A stretch of DNA of 63,965 nt, the filler included, from Octopus bimaculoides (lineage: Eukaryota), in the NCBI RefSeq assembly GCF_001194135.2. It is 4 parts of 4 records of this genome, joined end to end, with 100 filler letters (N's around TTAATTAATTAA, not from the genome) between each part and the next. Parts side by side here need not be neighbours in the genome. Positions count along the whole stretch, not along the records: positions 36,791 to 62,740 come from NC_068984.1; 3 more parts are not named here. One strand, given 5' to 3'. Below, piece after piece: positions 37,488 through 50,758 of the stretch. The position numbers and the translations under genes were made by a program. The notes beneath the pieces were generated by a model. It was not told the origin of the DNA and did no database searches. It worked only from the letters and a program-made list of their open reading frames with translations. How positions within the stretch are numbered: the stretch's first letter is position 1; each line of letters opens with the position of its first letter.

Positions 37488-38568
37488 CAAGGTAAGAGAG
37501 GTATTTGAGGACATATATGGTAATTTAATAACGCAACTCTAAATGTATTTTAATGAAACATATTCTAATATAAATTTGTGCTCATGTTCTCGATAAGATT
37601 ATTTTATGAGACCGCCTTCAGCTTCAATGATAGCTTCAACGTGGGGCAGCAATCATTGACATGCTTGTACTCAATGGTTCTTATTAATTTCGGACGTCAC
37701 CTGGATAATGGCAGACTTCAGTGACGCTATAGGTATTGTGAGGATGTCGTTTAGGTTCCCGTCCAACAATGTTAGAAACGTAGTAGTCAGTGGGATTTAA
37801 ATCTGGCGATTTTGGAGGCCACAAGTTTGGTGTTACGTGACAGTAAATATTATCTGACGTCCATTCTTGGGTTACGTAGGCTTTCTGAGAAGGTACTGTG
37901 CCATATTGCAACGTGTATGACCTTCTACTGCATACGTCATCCACCCAGAGTGTCTCCAACACCTCAACGTATCCAAAAGCATTAATTCTAAAACCCCGTG
38001 AAAAGATGCTGAAAACTTAGGGTGTGTCACATGGGGAGCCCAAAAGGATCTGCCCATAAACATCTGGTATTTTTTCAGTTAAATTTTTGATCTTGGCTGA
38101 AGATTTTCCAAAGCATGCGGGTTTATAACATTGTTAAGTAACTGCTTGTTTCAAATCAAACAGCTTCCCTGCGTCTTTGCGAGGATGAATTAGTATCTCC
38201 TCAGCATATACGACTTGTATCGAATGTCCTTGTGCACTATGGTTCTGAGAGACCACTCCGCCCTTTTGGAAATTTCCGCGTTGATTTTTAGTGTCCTTAT
38301 GGCGTCCGAATATTTCGAATTTTTATCTTTCATACGTTTGAAAGATTCCCGGCAGTAGCTTCTAGTTCCATCCGAAATTTGTGCACAAAATTTCTTGCAT
38401 CTATAGAAAGTTGGCAACTTCAAAGTCGCTGTGTTCTGCATATATGACAACAAAGATTATGACTTTTCATCTATTATAGATGATCTGAAAGAAATAAAAA
38501 CTTCTTAATTGGTTTGAAGAGAGTAATATGTTGATAATTAAATGTCATCAAATACCCTTCATACACTG
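37488..38568 (-). mobile_element. Degenerate Tc1/mariner of the maT (DD37D-like) type
   Basis: ORF 37684-37962 contains NLWPPKSPDLNPTDYYV; ORF 38190-38453 is HTH-like; imperfect TA-flanked TIRs (tacaaggtaagagaggtattt / aaatacccttcatacactgta). Confidence 0.8.
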
Positions 38569-39416
38569 TATATATGACTCGCATTTGCTCGGTGTCCAAA
38601 TTCCGCTCCCATATCATTGGTCAAAGAATCTGTAGAAGAAATCATCTGCTCGAAGACCCACGCGGTGAATTCGAACCTTCTACTACGTCGCTGCGAACCG
38701 GACTTTTTTACTGTACAGCTATTACATAAGTAGGTTTATATAACATGCAATCCGCTAAGAAACACAATATGGAAGTGTCTTTGATATTCTCACTGTAAAT
38801 ACTTGCCTTGCACACCGATATGAATCACTTCCCTAGAAAGAAGATTTTGAATAAATTCAGACAGGAATAACATGAAAAGCAAGAAAAAGAAATCATGCAA
38901 TACGACTCTTAAATTTGAAAATAAAACAACCAAAATTTAATTGCCGAATATGTCAGAGTTGTATGGTTTATGTTAATTTTGTGTTTCATGAAAGATCTGT
39001 CAAAATCAAACCCCAAATCAAAAGTGTCCCAGCACTGACCATCCAGTTTTTTTTTTTTTTAATCTAAGGCTACACAGTCAAGTGTGTCTTCCATTGGCAA
39101 GACGGCGAGGTGTGATTTAAGGCAGGGTGTGATTTACTGTGATTCCTAGTAGGTCAAGCTGCTATGTAGAGGTTCCTTAATTGGCTTATTTCAAGGCTTG
39201 AAAGCTTGAGAAAAACTTCCAATTAAAAACGATACTTTTGGTATTAAAGATTAAAATCGTTAGTCATGTCGGCTCCTGTAGAACTATCTCTTGTCGAATC
39301 CCAGGAAAGAAGAGAGAGACCATAACTTATTCAGGGCTAAATAATGATACTGACATTTTGACAGTAAGTTCAATTGTAGACTTTATCTCATTCAATGAAA
39401 GGTCAGTATGTATATA

Positions 39417-40075
39417 TAAAGGTTGTTCAGGTTAAATTTAATGATTTTTTTATACCGCCTTTTCAGGAGCAGTATGATGTACTGGTGAACAGCCAACGGT
39501 AAGGGCTGGCTGCAAGACGTAACTTGAACAGCCTGCAACGGAGACTACGAACCCGTGGCGAGCAAGAATAGAACACAGCAAGCTTTCTCATTGTGTCTGC
39601 AAGCTAAGATTCATCCCAGATCTTTGAACAAGGCCTCAGGCTCAATTTAGATGGCAGTGACGCTGTTGGAAACTGTGGGTGATCAAGTCCTAGCTGGAAA
39701 GGGTTGCTGTTGGAGAGGCATATGTTTGGTAGCAAGATTTGGCTCCTTACCATATTTCCAGAAAGACACCGAAGTGGTTGTCGGATGATTTCTACGACTT
39801 TATCAATTTATGGTTTCCTAATTTTCCCAATTGTGATCCCATTGATTACTTTGTGTGAGGCGCGGTTGAGAAGGACTCTAAATGCTCTGACTGCAACACC
39901 AAGGCCGAGCTTGTAACCAAGATAAAAACCGCAGTGGAAGCTGAGGACGGCTACTTTGAGTAAGCGCCCAGCCATAAACTTATTCATAATTTTTAATTTT
40001 TTAAAATACTTTTATGTTTGGATAGGACATTGCGTTTTGTTTCCTTTTATGTAAACTCTCAATTTTAAACCTTAT
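39417..40075 (+). mobile_element. Internally deleted maT-type Tc1/mariner derivative
   Basis: Broken frames FEQGLRLN..., YVW*QDLAPYH, NCDPIDYFV*GAVEKDS and AVEAEDGYFE*. Confidence 0.7.
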
Positions 40076-41369
40076 ATATATAGTGATTGTCTACTCCTTA
40101 TGTAGAGTCTCACCACCTCTTGAACTTATACCTTAGAGCCATCATGGTGACTGATGTGGCTTTTTAAACCGCTTTATTCAACAACATAAGAATGCAATGG
40201 AAGATTTCTGGAAAAGTTATGCCAAATTGAAGTTAGAGGTACAGCTTGTGAAATGCAGAGAAATATCACTGTAGAAAACATTAAAAAAAAGAAGAGATGA
40301 AACATTTTCAGCATCTTCATCACATAGAGGAAAGATCTTAAAGGATTTCAATACTTTAAGATTACACTAAAAGCAATAATATATGCATCCAGAGTAATTT
40401 CTCTCCAAGAATGTTATACACATAGAGCTTGATTACATACAAAACGGAAAGAATTTACACCAAAACCATATGCCTGGTGTTACCAATGAAAATAATGAAC
40501 GGTTTATTGTGTACTCACTTCCGGTACTATTTATTTCGTCATTCGAAACCTCTTGCTATATGAGCAGTCACACCTAATGAGAAACTCTAAGTAACACTGA
40601 CATGAATCACCAACGTTATGCAGATGTGTGTGCGCGTGTACATTGGGTGGGCGTATTTAATTGCTTAAAAACAACCATTGATATTGCCGTTCTTTCTCTA
40701 AATCATTAGAAAAATGTTATTCTACCAACACTGGAAAGATAATAGATAAAGTCGAGAACGGTGAAATTCGAACTTAGAAGGTAAAGGCGCATAACTAATT
40801 ACAAAATTTCTTGTACTTTCAGCAATTTTCAAAATCTACCACCTTACTGCGTAGATGTAAATATTTAGTAATAGCAAACTTAATTAGTAAGCCTATTGTA
40901 ATTATTTTAATTTTCTAACCCATGTATCCATCACGAATACCGGAAAGTAAATTACGGTTAGCTTGTAAGTTCATATGCGTTTGTATATGGGTGTGTATAT
41001 CTAACAACAAATTAGGAGTTACGAAATGACTATAAAGAGAGAGGCAGATATAGAAAATGGGGAAGAGTGCAAACGAATGTGTGCATGCGACAGACAGACA
41101 GACAGACAGACAGACAGATAGATAGATAGATAGATAGATAGGCAGATGGAGAATCTCAGATGTATATAAGACAAATTTTTTGGAAAATATATTTATGATA
41201 AAATAATGAAGCTTCTCTTGCATCACTCATTTAGAAGCACTGCAAAAAATGAAACCTACTCTACACTGTATGCTACTTGTGAGCCTGCTAATAGGATGCT
41301 CTCTCCTTATTTCCAAAGGTATTTAGAAACAAATATTTATACGCATCCACACGAACATAAATAATATCA

Positions 41370-41407
<38 letters not shown>

Positions 41408-41430
41408 ATTTACGTATGTATGTATGTATG

Positions 41431-41495
<65 letters not shown>

Positions 41496-41698
41496 GTCTG
41501 TCTGTCTGTCTCTATATATATAGGGAGAGAGAGAGAGTGAGAGAGAGAGAATATATTCTTTGCTCTACTGCTATACACTGGTGCGTGTTGAACCCTTGGA
41601 TGTCTTGCACACGAACATGTCTAACGACGTTGTTAAACATTATGTATTCATGTGTGTGTGTTCGCGCGTTATGTTATGTGTGTGTGCACGCGCGTTAT

Positions 41699-41766
<68 letters not shown>

Positions 41767-42370
41767 ATTTTTGTGTAGGAAACAGCTTTTCTTTGAAGCN
41801 NNNNNNNNNTATTTTCGATTACAGTTATTTTCTTAATGATTTTTCATATTTCTCTTTTATATTATATTTAGTTTGGTGCAATTTAGTTCCTACGTTCATT
41901 AACTTTTCTAGATTTTCTTGATTTCCCCTTCTGAATAAAGTAGATGATAGCTAAGTTTTCAAAGCCACAATCGATACAAAGAGCAGAGAAATATCTAAGA
42001 AACCCTTTACATATTTTTCTGCTGTGAGGAAGAGGAAAGATATTATGATATAAGTAGTGCCTTTCACATAACTTGGGATTTTATCTATTATACGTTCTTC
42101 ATTCACACAAAACGGCAAAATCATTCTTTTCATTGGGAAAATGAAAGTGAGAAAGTGGAAACACGTTAATGAACCTGGCTCCGTCATAATTTCTGACTGA
42201 ATATAAAGGACTAACAATTTAATTGCAAATAACCATTAAAAAAACTGGAAGTTCTGCATAAATGCTTCCAATATAATACATATTCGTATATAAATGCGTA
42301 CGTAAATATAGGCATACATGTATGTATGAGATATGTGTGTGTGCGCGTGTGTGTGTGTTTGTATGTGTGC

Positions 42371-42402
<32 letters not shown>

Positions 42403-43264
42403 ATGTATGTATGTATGCATGCATGTTTGTGTCTATGTATGCATACTTTTATTCTGTTATTCATTAGAATTCTTTTTAGGGGAGAATCAGTTTCTAGCAA
42501 AGAAATAAAATTTCCACCACTAGAATTTAAATAACAACAACGCTATTTGTTACATGTTGAGCTTCAGGAAAGTCTTGCACATTTTTCTTCTCCCACTTAC
42601 AGATTGTATCTGTTAAGTGCAGTCTATTATTTAGCTTTTGTGGACTCTCAGTTAATCATTTACTAATGTAACCGATGTTGTTATTAATTTGAATAGAAAT
42701 TCATAATCAGCGTAAAGGAGTTACATATTTCAAAGAAATTATCCATAAGTACTCTCCTTCTTGATGATTTTGGAAGAGATGTTCACATCTGCAAGGCAGC
42801 TAACCTCTATGACTATACAATTTTTCTTTTCTCTCCCCAGATCACTATATCAGGCATGTTTACTTTACTGAGTAGAAGTTTTTATGAAATGTTCCCCCAA
42901 AATTCCTTTTGTTTATACGTATGTACTTATTCAACAGCAGAAGTTTTGTTTATCCCATTACAGTATATTTTCCAGCGTATGGCATTGTATATTGTTTTAG
43001 CAACATTATATCACTCTGAGGAGAAATACCTCAATTACATTTTTTAGTATCTGATGATTATGTGTTATGTCTTCTAGAAACAAAACGAAAAATCGGCATA
43101 CACATTGCATTTTAGTAATTTAAGGGTTTTACCCTCCCGTTTGTTCCTTAGATATTTTGTGCCTATCTCCTGCTCTTGAATTTCAAAAGTGTAACGTTCG
43201 AGATGCAACGTAATATAAATATCCAAAGAAGGCTACACTTGATGTTAATGTCATCATCCTCCTT

Positions 43265-43690
43265 GAAGGCGGTGGGCTGACAGATTCGTTAGTACGCCGG
43301 GCAAGATACTTTGCGGCATTTCGTCCGACTTTACATTCTGAGTTCAAATTCCGCTGAAGTCGACTTTGTCTTTCATTCTTTCAAAGTCAATAAGATAAGT
43401 AATGGTGTCGATGTAATCCACTTATCCCCCTCCTCGAAATTGCTGGACTAATGCTAAAATTTGAAACCAATGTTATCATCCTCCTTAAGGCGGCGTGCTG
43501 GCAGATTCGTCAGCACGCCTGGTAAAATGCTTAGCGGCACTTCGTCCGTCTTTACGTTCTGAGTCCAAATTCTGTCGATGTCGATTTTGCCTTTCATCCT
43601 GTCGGGTTCGGTAAAATAAGTACCAGTTGAGTTCCGGTGTCAATGTAATCGCCTAAATCACCTGCTTTGTCAAAATTTGAAACCATTGTT
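43265..43690 (+). mobile_element. Two head-to-tail SINE family B copies
   Basis: Heads at ~43266 and ~43487, each preceded by tcatcctccttraaggcgg. Confidence 0.8.
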
Positions 43691-43849
43691 GTTATCATTA
43701 TTTCAAGTCTGTCAAATCTGTCTATTTTCTATAAGAATGTGACAATGAGCAAAACTGCTAGTAACTTGTTGCTTAGGTTGTTTACCGTCGTAGAAATGGA
43801 TTTTTCACTCTATGGCCTCATTTCACATTGGTGCCTTTCATTGGGCCAA

Positions 43850-44440
43850 GCTAAGGCAAAATCATATAAGATATGTTCAGTTGCTCTGTGTGAACGCCGA
43901 ACACTGACAAATTAGCAACTGGTTTCTTCTTTATAAGTGCCATTGGCATACTATTTACTAGTCTTTCTTCCCCCAACGCGGGTTGATTCTTTGGAAACAT
44001 CTACAGTAATGATGTATATTAAGAAACCTTTCATTGATTTTTATCAGATCACGAAAGCATAAACTTGACGCAGTTAGGATCACATCTCTTATTCTTCTTT
44101 TCAAGGCCACATGATACTTTATCCTACAACACTTATTGATGCTCTACAAAGCACAAGTGAGGCCCACAATCGAGAATTTGTCTCACATCTGGTACCGTGG
44201 GGCTACTGCATTCACAGATATCCTAGACCACATCCAGAAATGGAGCCACCAGACAAATGGTTATAAAGCCACGTGCTCTGTCTTCTGGTCCATAAGCGAA
44301 CTGCTTCTTCTGTCTGACTTTTCTACACCTCATATAACAGTCCCTTTTCGAATCTAGTGGGCTTTGTACCACATCTACATGAGTATCATCGGTCCACTAG
44401 TCCCTTCCTGTTTCATCACCCTTGCTGTGTCAAATCTCAT
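43850..44440 (+). mobile_element. CR1/Jockey-group LINE RT C-terminal fragment
   Basis: LYKAQVRPTIENLSHIW...ILDHIQK motif in ORF 44136-44357. Confidence 0.6.
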
Positions 44441-44727
44441 CAGACCTTACAGTAAGCACTACGCCTGATTCACCCCCTAAAATTGCTGGTCTTGTGCCAA
44501 AATTTGGAGCGATTATATTATTCCTGCTCTTGATATGCTCAGAGTATTTTCAGGTATTTTTAGTAAAGAATGAACATAAATAAATTATATTAAACAGAAT
44601 ACAAATAACAGGTAAAAGCAGGTTGCTAGACGGTCAGATGTATAGGTAAAAGAGATGTATAGGAGATGGACGGGTCAACATTTAGAGAAAACATACAAGT
44701 ATGTTCATATGGACAAATACATACATT

Positions 44728-44767
<40 letters not shown>

Positions 44768-45169
44768 GAAGATAGATGGTCGGACAGACGGACGGACAGG
44801 CAGACAAACGTATGTATATATATACATACATGCATACATAACTTAGACATACGTACGTACATGCGTATATGTATACAAGCATATGTACTCACATGCGTAC
44901 AAAGACACATGCATATATTAATGCTTGTCTTTTTTTTGACGTATCATTATATACAAAAACAGTTGCACATTGATTGAATGATCACGTGATACCATTTAGT
45001 AGTGCACCATATTTATTTCATTTTATTTTCTCAAGGAATGCGTTGACGGTTACTTCGAATTTCCGGCTTAGTAGCCTTCTTCAGACGAATTCTACTGAGC
45101 AGAAAATATTTAGATGTAACTATCAACTCGTTTTCCTTCTAAAATAATGTGTGTGTGTGTGTGTGTGTG

Positions 45170-45213
<44 letters not shown>

Positions 45214-45714
45214 AGCGCACGTGAAACTAAGCAGCATAAATTAAGTTTATTTAAGCGATACGTTTAATTATTATGAGTGCACAGGTAGTTCAATATCATG
45301 GTCTTTATTTTTCTGTGAAATTAACAAACAACGGTGAAAATATCCCTCACATACATAGCTTAAAGAAAATAGAGAATATTTACCACAAGTTACCTCGGTG
45401 GACATCTACATGGATATTTGTATGACAATTCCTCTTGGCAGCTGCTGATGAACTAAAAAGTAAAGTTACCCGCTCGTTAAAGCAATTTATAATAACTGTT
45501 AGTTACGAATGATTGGTATATAAATCGATAAGGAACAGGTCAAAGGAAGGACTGGTTACTTCACACAGTAACCGCTAACGTATATTTAAATAGAATTTCA
45601 GTTGCTATCGAAATTATTTGGAGTGCTTTTTTTTTTCTTTTTTTTGCTTTTTTGTTACAAGTCTCAGTAGGTGCATGTGTTTTCAGCTTTTTTCGTTTGC
45701 ACTATTCATTTCAG

Positions 45715-45880
45715 ATTGTAAGAGACATAGTTGTTGACATACTCTATTTGATTAGCCTTTAATTGCAAACAACAATATTTATGTCTGTGATAATGGGTAT
45801 GACCTAGTAGTCGATGTTATAGTCATGGTTGTGCGCAGTGAACCACCCGGAAAGGGAACACATATCACAATGCACACTGT
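45715..45880 (+). pseudogene. Decayed Sushi/CCP-domain exon
   Basis: Phase-1 acceptor ttcatttcag|AT TGT. Frame DCKRHSC*HTLFD*PLIANNNIYVCDNGYDLVVDVIV, then after a frameshift LCAVNH...ISQCTL. Four-Cys CCP layout with the YxCxxGYxLxG-like motif; two stops. Confidence 0.4.
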
Positions 45881-46499
45881 ATAGCTAAGTCTCTAACTCA
45901 AGTACGTTTGTAACATCCGTCACTCATTTGTGTGCATATAACTTTGAATGTTGCTCAGTGTCAATATTAAACGACTTGATTACGTCGACTTACATATTCA
46001 GGTTCGATAAATTGATTCTTTCTTTCTGCTCATTTCTTTTTATAACAATGTCATATCTGAGGCATAGCTAAACCTGCATCTGAAAAGCATTGCTTTCTTT
46101 TATTCCGAGATTGGAAATTTCTTCAGATCTGAACAGCTGCAGATCAATGCACGGCTCTATTGTACACCACACTTAAGTTGCTGTTCAAGAAATTACAACT
46201 TCACACATAAACATTTCAGACATTCTAGACTTTGCAGACAGTAATAAAATAGACTTTTCGTCTAACACAATTTGACACAGCAAAGTGAAAATTCTTACGT
46301 TTTATTATAAAAGTCCTTACTATTTCAATGGAAACTTGTATAATGTCAACAAAAGTACTAAGAACTTCTTTGCTATCATTACAGACCAAAGGTTTTAGAC
46401 ATAAGTTGAATCCAATCAAATATTCGTTCACTTTACAATTTAGTAAAAATTATATCGCGTCTAAAACCCACAGATCGAATTATAAGTTTTTGTTGTTTT

Positions 46500-48140
46500 T
46501 ACGTTTTATTCTTTTCTTGCTATCGTTTTATCATGGTCCATTTCAGTTCCACTTTTAGCTTGGATTTCAGTTGTTTTACAGCTTTTGTTGTTTCTTCTTT
46601 TCCATCATAGTTGTTAGGTACTATGATTTTTTTTCTATTTGTCAGCTTCCTTAAAGACTGAAAACAGTCTTTTGTTTCGTTCGTGTTTTGTAGCTATTTT
46701 TATTAGTTTTCCTTACTTCTGAGGTAGGTATTTCTGTAGTCTTACGGTGGTTATTTTTTAATAGTTTTCTCACTGTATACGGCCTCTATGACCTTTGATA
46801 CATTGTGTATATAACCTTTCTATGTCAGATTTTGGGTGGTGCATCCTAAGTCTTATTATTTTCCATGCTTTGATCAGTTCATGTAGAGTCCAGTTAAGAA
46901 TATTGTAGTTGTAACTTATAACTGGCACGGCTAGAGTGTTGAAACCTATTATCTTGTTTTTCGCATTGAGCTCTGTTTTCAGTATTAATCTAACATGTCT
47001 ATAGTATTCTTTTCTTATCTTCTCAATCATTTGTTTGTTGTATCGTATCTAGTTCATTGATTCCTAAGTATTTGTATGTCTGGCTTTAGCCTAATTCACT
47101 TATTTCATTTGTTTTATCTAGTATGGTGTTGTTACTCTTAACTAGTTTTACTCTTTTCAAGGTTGCTTTGGCACATTTTTCTAAGCCAAATTTCATGTTT
47201 ATCTCTTTGGTAAATCCATGTACCGTCTGTAGTAATGTTTCCAGTTATTTATCATTTGTAGCGTACAATTTTAGATCATCCACATATAAGAGGTGGCTGA
47301 TTGTTTTGCCGCAATAGTTGTATCCACATTCAGTTCTGTTTAGTATGTCAGATAAAAATGTCACTGCCAAGTAGAAAAGGAGTGGAGGGTGCATGTCTCC
47401 CTAGAATATTCTTCTTCTAATGGGAATGGCTTTGGTTTTTATGAGTCCGTCTTTTGCCTGCAGCTGTAGCACTATCTGCCATTTATTCATGGAATGTTTT
47501 ATGCATTTTTATGATTATTGGTACTATCTTGTTCATAGCTACTGTTTCTAGGATCCATGTGTGGGGAATACTATCAAAAATGTTTCGGTAATCGATCCAG
47601 GCCATACTTAGACCCTTCTTCGGCTGTCTTCAGTTATGGCTTTATTGATCAGTAGCTGATCTTTACAACCATATAAGACTTTGCAGCATCTCTTCTGCTC
47701 TCGTCCAGATGTTTTCTTATTCTCTGCGATATTATTGCAATAAAGATTTTGTAGATTGTAAGGAGACAAGTTATCGGTCTATAATTTTGCGGGTTTGCCG
47801 TTTCAGTGGATTGGGGAATTAAGATAGTTTTTCCCTTCCTTGAGCCATTCAGGCATTGTCTCTGGCTCTGTTAGTATTTCACTAAATTTCTCTGCCAGCT
47901 TTTTGTGTTCCTGTTAGGTATTTTAGCCAAAAGCTGGGAATCTTGTTGCGCCCGGGTGCCTTCCAGTTGCTAAGTTTTTGCAGTGCCTAGGTGACCTCTT
48001 CAGTTGTTGTAGGGGTCCAGAGTTATCCAGGTGCTGTGTTCGTTGTTTTGATAGATTTTTCTGAGGTTTTCTTTCGCCGACCATATTTCTTTCCAAAATT
48101 CTTCCACTTCTACTGTTAGTGCTGCATTTATCTCTATTTT
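46500..48140 (-). mobile_element. R4/Dong-clade non-LTR retrotransposon RT fragment
   Basis: WKAPGRNKIPSFWLK, NYRPITCL, GIFQGD, YVDDLKLY, MKFGLEKCA and EYYRHVRLILKTELNAKNKI...MHHPKSDIERLY motifs; frameshifted. Confidence 0.85.
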
Positions 48141-48654
48141 TGTTGTTGTTGTTGTTGTTGCTGCTGCTGCTGCTGCTGCTGTTATGGCCGCCATACTGGG
48201 AAGACACGGTTACTTAAAGCTCCGCAAGTTTTAAGAGTGTTTATAAACTTTTCCGTCTTTTAATGCCCCGTTCTTTCAGTTTTATTGCCACCACCTTATT
48301 TCTGACATTCTTTGGACTGCGCCGATAGTATTTTTGTTAAGAAACATCCGCTGTTTTGCAGGGGTGCACATCAATATTTTTTTTTTTTTCCATTCGCCAA
48401 CTAACGAGAAAAGCAAATATTTTGCTATTTTTCATATATATTGAAACATAACTGATAAAGAAGTCATCATAATGTTCGATGACGGGACGCGTTCCTTGTC
48501 GGAGAAAAAAGAGAATACTGGCGTACTATTGACTACAGTAAATGACGTCACCGCCACGAGGCGAATATATTTTCGTCTCTAAGCAGTGTCAAACAGCAAA
48601 GCAGTTATATAATTAAGCATAATTACTGAGTTGTGACAATAGAATTGTTAACTC

Positions 48655-48812
48655 AGGGCTCCTTCAAATGCAGTCGCTTATGCGTGACTGCCGCTCCCGT
48701 GTGGGTATGTACAGCCACAACAGACGCTGCACCGTCATCAGCAGCTGACACGATTTCTTTGGGAGCAGATCCATGACCTCCCGAGACTGACGGATGCCTA
48801 CTACTACTAATA
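48655..48812 (+). mobile_element. RTE LINE extreme 3' end
   Basis: FKCSR.(fs).RDCRSRVGMYSHNRRC zinc-knuckle-like terminus followed by ccatgacctcccgagactgacggatgcct(act)n. Confidence 0.6.
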
Positions 48813-49233
48813 CTATATTTAGATATATAGATGCCCTGATCTAAACCGATTCCAACTTTTTGCCTGTTCATACTTTCTTTCTACTGTACATGTACCAGCT
48901 CAATGATAGACCACATGTAGCTATTCTTTGCTGGACTGCTATAACACACTACTTAATTTGCTTTAGTCACAGTTCAAGTCGGAATTTTAGGTAGTCAACC
49001 AACTTGAACAATTACGTACCTATGATATGACGTCATCAAATGCAGTTTTTATCTAAATCGTCATGACTTGGAGTATGGTATCTTTGGCGTTCTCTGAGTG
49101 TGGTTGAAACATCAACATCATTGTTGTTGAATTTACCGCTAAAAATGGGTCTTGAAATAACATTTGCCCAGTTTGTTTCAATATTTGTTTCCTACAACAT
49201 CAAATAGAGTTGATGTGTGTAAACTGTTGAATA

Positions 49234-49650
49234 TAGGCGTAGGAGTGGCTGTGTGGTAAGTAGCTTGCTCACGAACCACATGGTTCCGGGTTCAGTCCCA
49301 CTGCGTGGCACCTTGGGCAAGTGACTTCTACTATAGCCGCGGGCCGACCAAAGCCTTCTGAGTGGATTTGGTATACGGAAACTGAAAGAAGCCCGCTGTA
49401 TGTATGTGTGTATATATAGAAATGTATGTATGTGTATACGTTTGTGTGTCTGTGTTTGTCCCCCCACCATCGCTTGACAACCGATGTTGGTGTGTTTAGG
49501 TCTCCGTAACTTAGCGGTTCGGCAAAAGAGACCGATAGAATAAGTACTAGGCTTACAAAGAATAAGTCCTCGGGTCGATCTGCTCGACTAAAGGCGGTGC
49601 TCCAGAATGACCACAGTCAAATGACTGAAACAAGTAAAAGAGATAGTAAA
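49234..49650 (+). mobile_element. SINE family A, full-length
   Basis: tRNA-like head, central (TG)-rich tract, 3' tail ...cagtcaaatgactgaaacaagtaaaagag. Confidence 0.9.
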
Positions 49651-50244
49651 AGAGAGATATTAAAGCATAGGGGGACAGTTTTGATTGGCATATAGTATTT
49701 AACTGTCTTCATGAAAGAAACGCATTTCCACAAGGCACTGTAATGAAGGGCAGAGATGATTCCCATAGGCTACTTTCTCCTTCAGAGGGAAGAATAGAAA
49801 ATAAGAATGTTTGGTCCAATATGAACAGTTGCCTAAATAGCAAGAATAGCTGCAGTATTAATAGTAACATAAATGAAGAAAATATTCAATAAGATTGAGA
49901 ATCAATACACGATTGCCTTTCAGCTCTGCTAGTTTCGTCTTCTTTTCAGTGGCTCAATTGCTGTATTACACAGTGATATCTTGGGGACAAGTTAGATTGT
50001 TGTCCATCAGAATCGTTTGGCATTATATTAGTTTGACGCTCGAGAAAGTGAGAAAGTCTTTTACGTTTCGCGCCTACGCTCTTCAACAGAAAGGAGTAAG
50101 AGAAAATAGACAGAGAAAGAATAAAATAACATGTGGATTTAGCGATCAAGCATAAAATAACCAACGAAAATTTATGTTGCATGGAGCTGAATCCAACTGT
50201 GATTATATGCGTTGAGTGCCACTTTTTCGTGTGTCCTCTCACTC

Positions 50245-50273
<29 letters not shown>

Positions 50274-50278
<5 letters not shown>

Positions 50279-50471
50279 GTAAAAATATGTGACACTTATT
50301 CGGTAGCCATGATAGAACTCCGAGTTTCGGATGCCGGAGTGGGAACCCATGCCAACATCTCTTCAGTTATCCGGCTAACTGAAGAGATGCCGGTGTGGGT
50401 TCCCACCCCGGCATCCGAAACTCGGAGTTTTATCATGGCTACCGAATAAGTGTCACATATTTTTACAGATA
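50274..50471. repeat. 198-bp near-perfect palindrome (foldback MITE in a TA site)
   Basis: 50274-50369 pairs with 50376-50471 around tccggc, with few mismatches. Confidence 0.9.
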
Positions 50472-50537
50472 AATTCCTCTATTTACATAATATCGAGGTC
50501 TCTTTCTTTCTTTTGTTGTCCTTTCTATCAATGTATG

Positions 50538-50568
<31 letters not shown>

Positions 50569-50758
50569 TTAAACTGAAAGTTTGGGGAGGGAAAGTGGTG
50601 AGAGCAGTAGGGAAATACCTCCATACAGTACAACTCAAATATTTGAATTGATAGGTGTTTTCTAAGGATGTGAGCCTTACTTGTCAGCACATTATCATTT
50701 GCTTTTCAAATCCCCCAAAAACAAAATCTAACCCTCGGATGTCTTAGGGAACATTTAT

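Noticed and set aside
46127-46440. C-type-lectin-like pseudo-exon next to the Sushi remnant
   Set aside because: Only loose motif resemblance, many stops and key Cys/Trp residues absent.
48653-48871. 72-aa minus-strand ORF as a gene
   Set aside because: It is the antisense of an RTE 3' end.
48540-49040. Two perfect CRE palindromes (TGACGTCA) as a promoter
   Set aside because: No linked transcription unit could be identified; two 8-mers alone are insufficient evidence.
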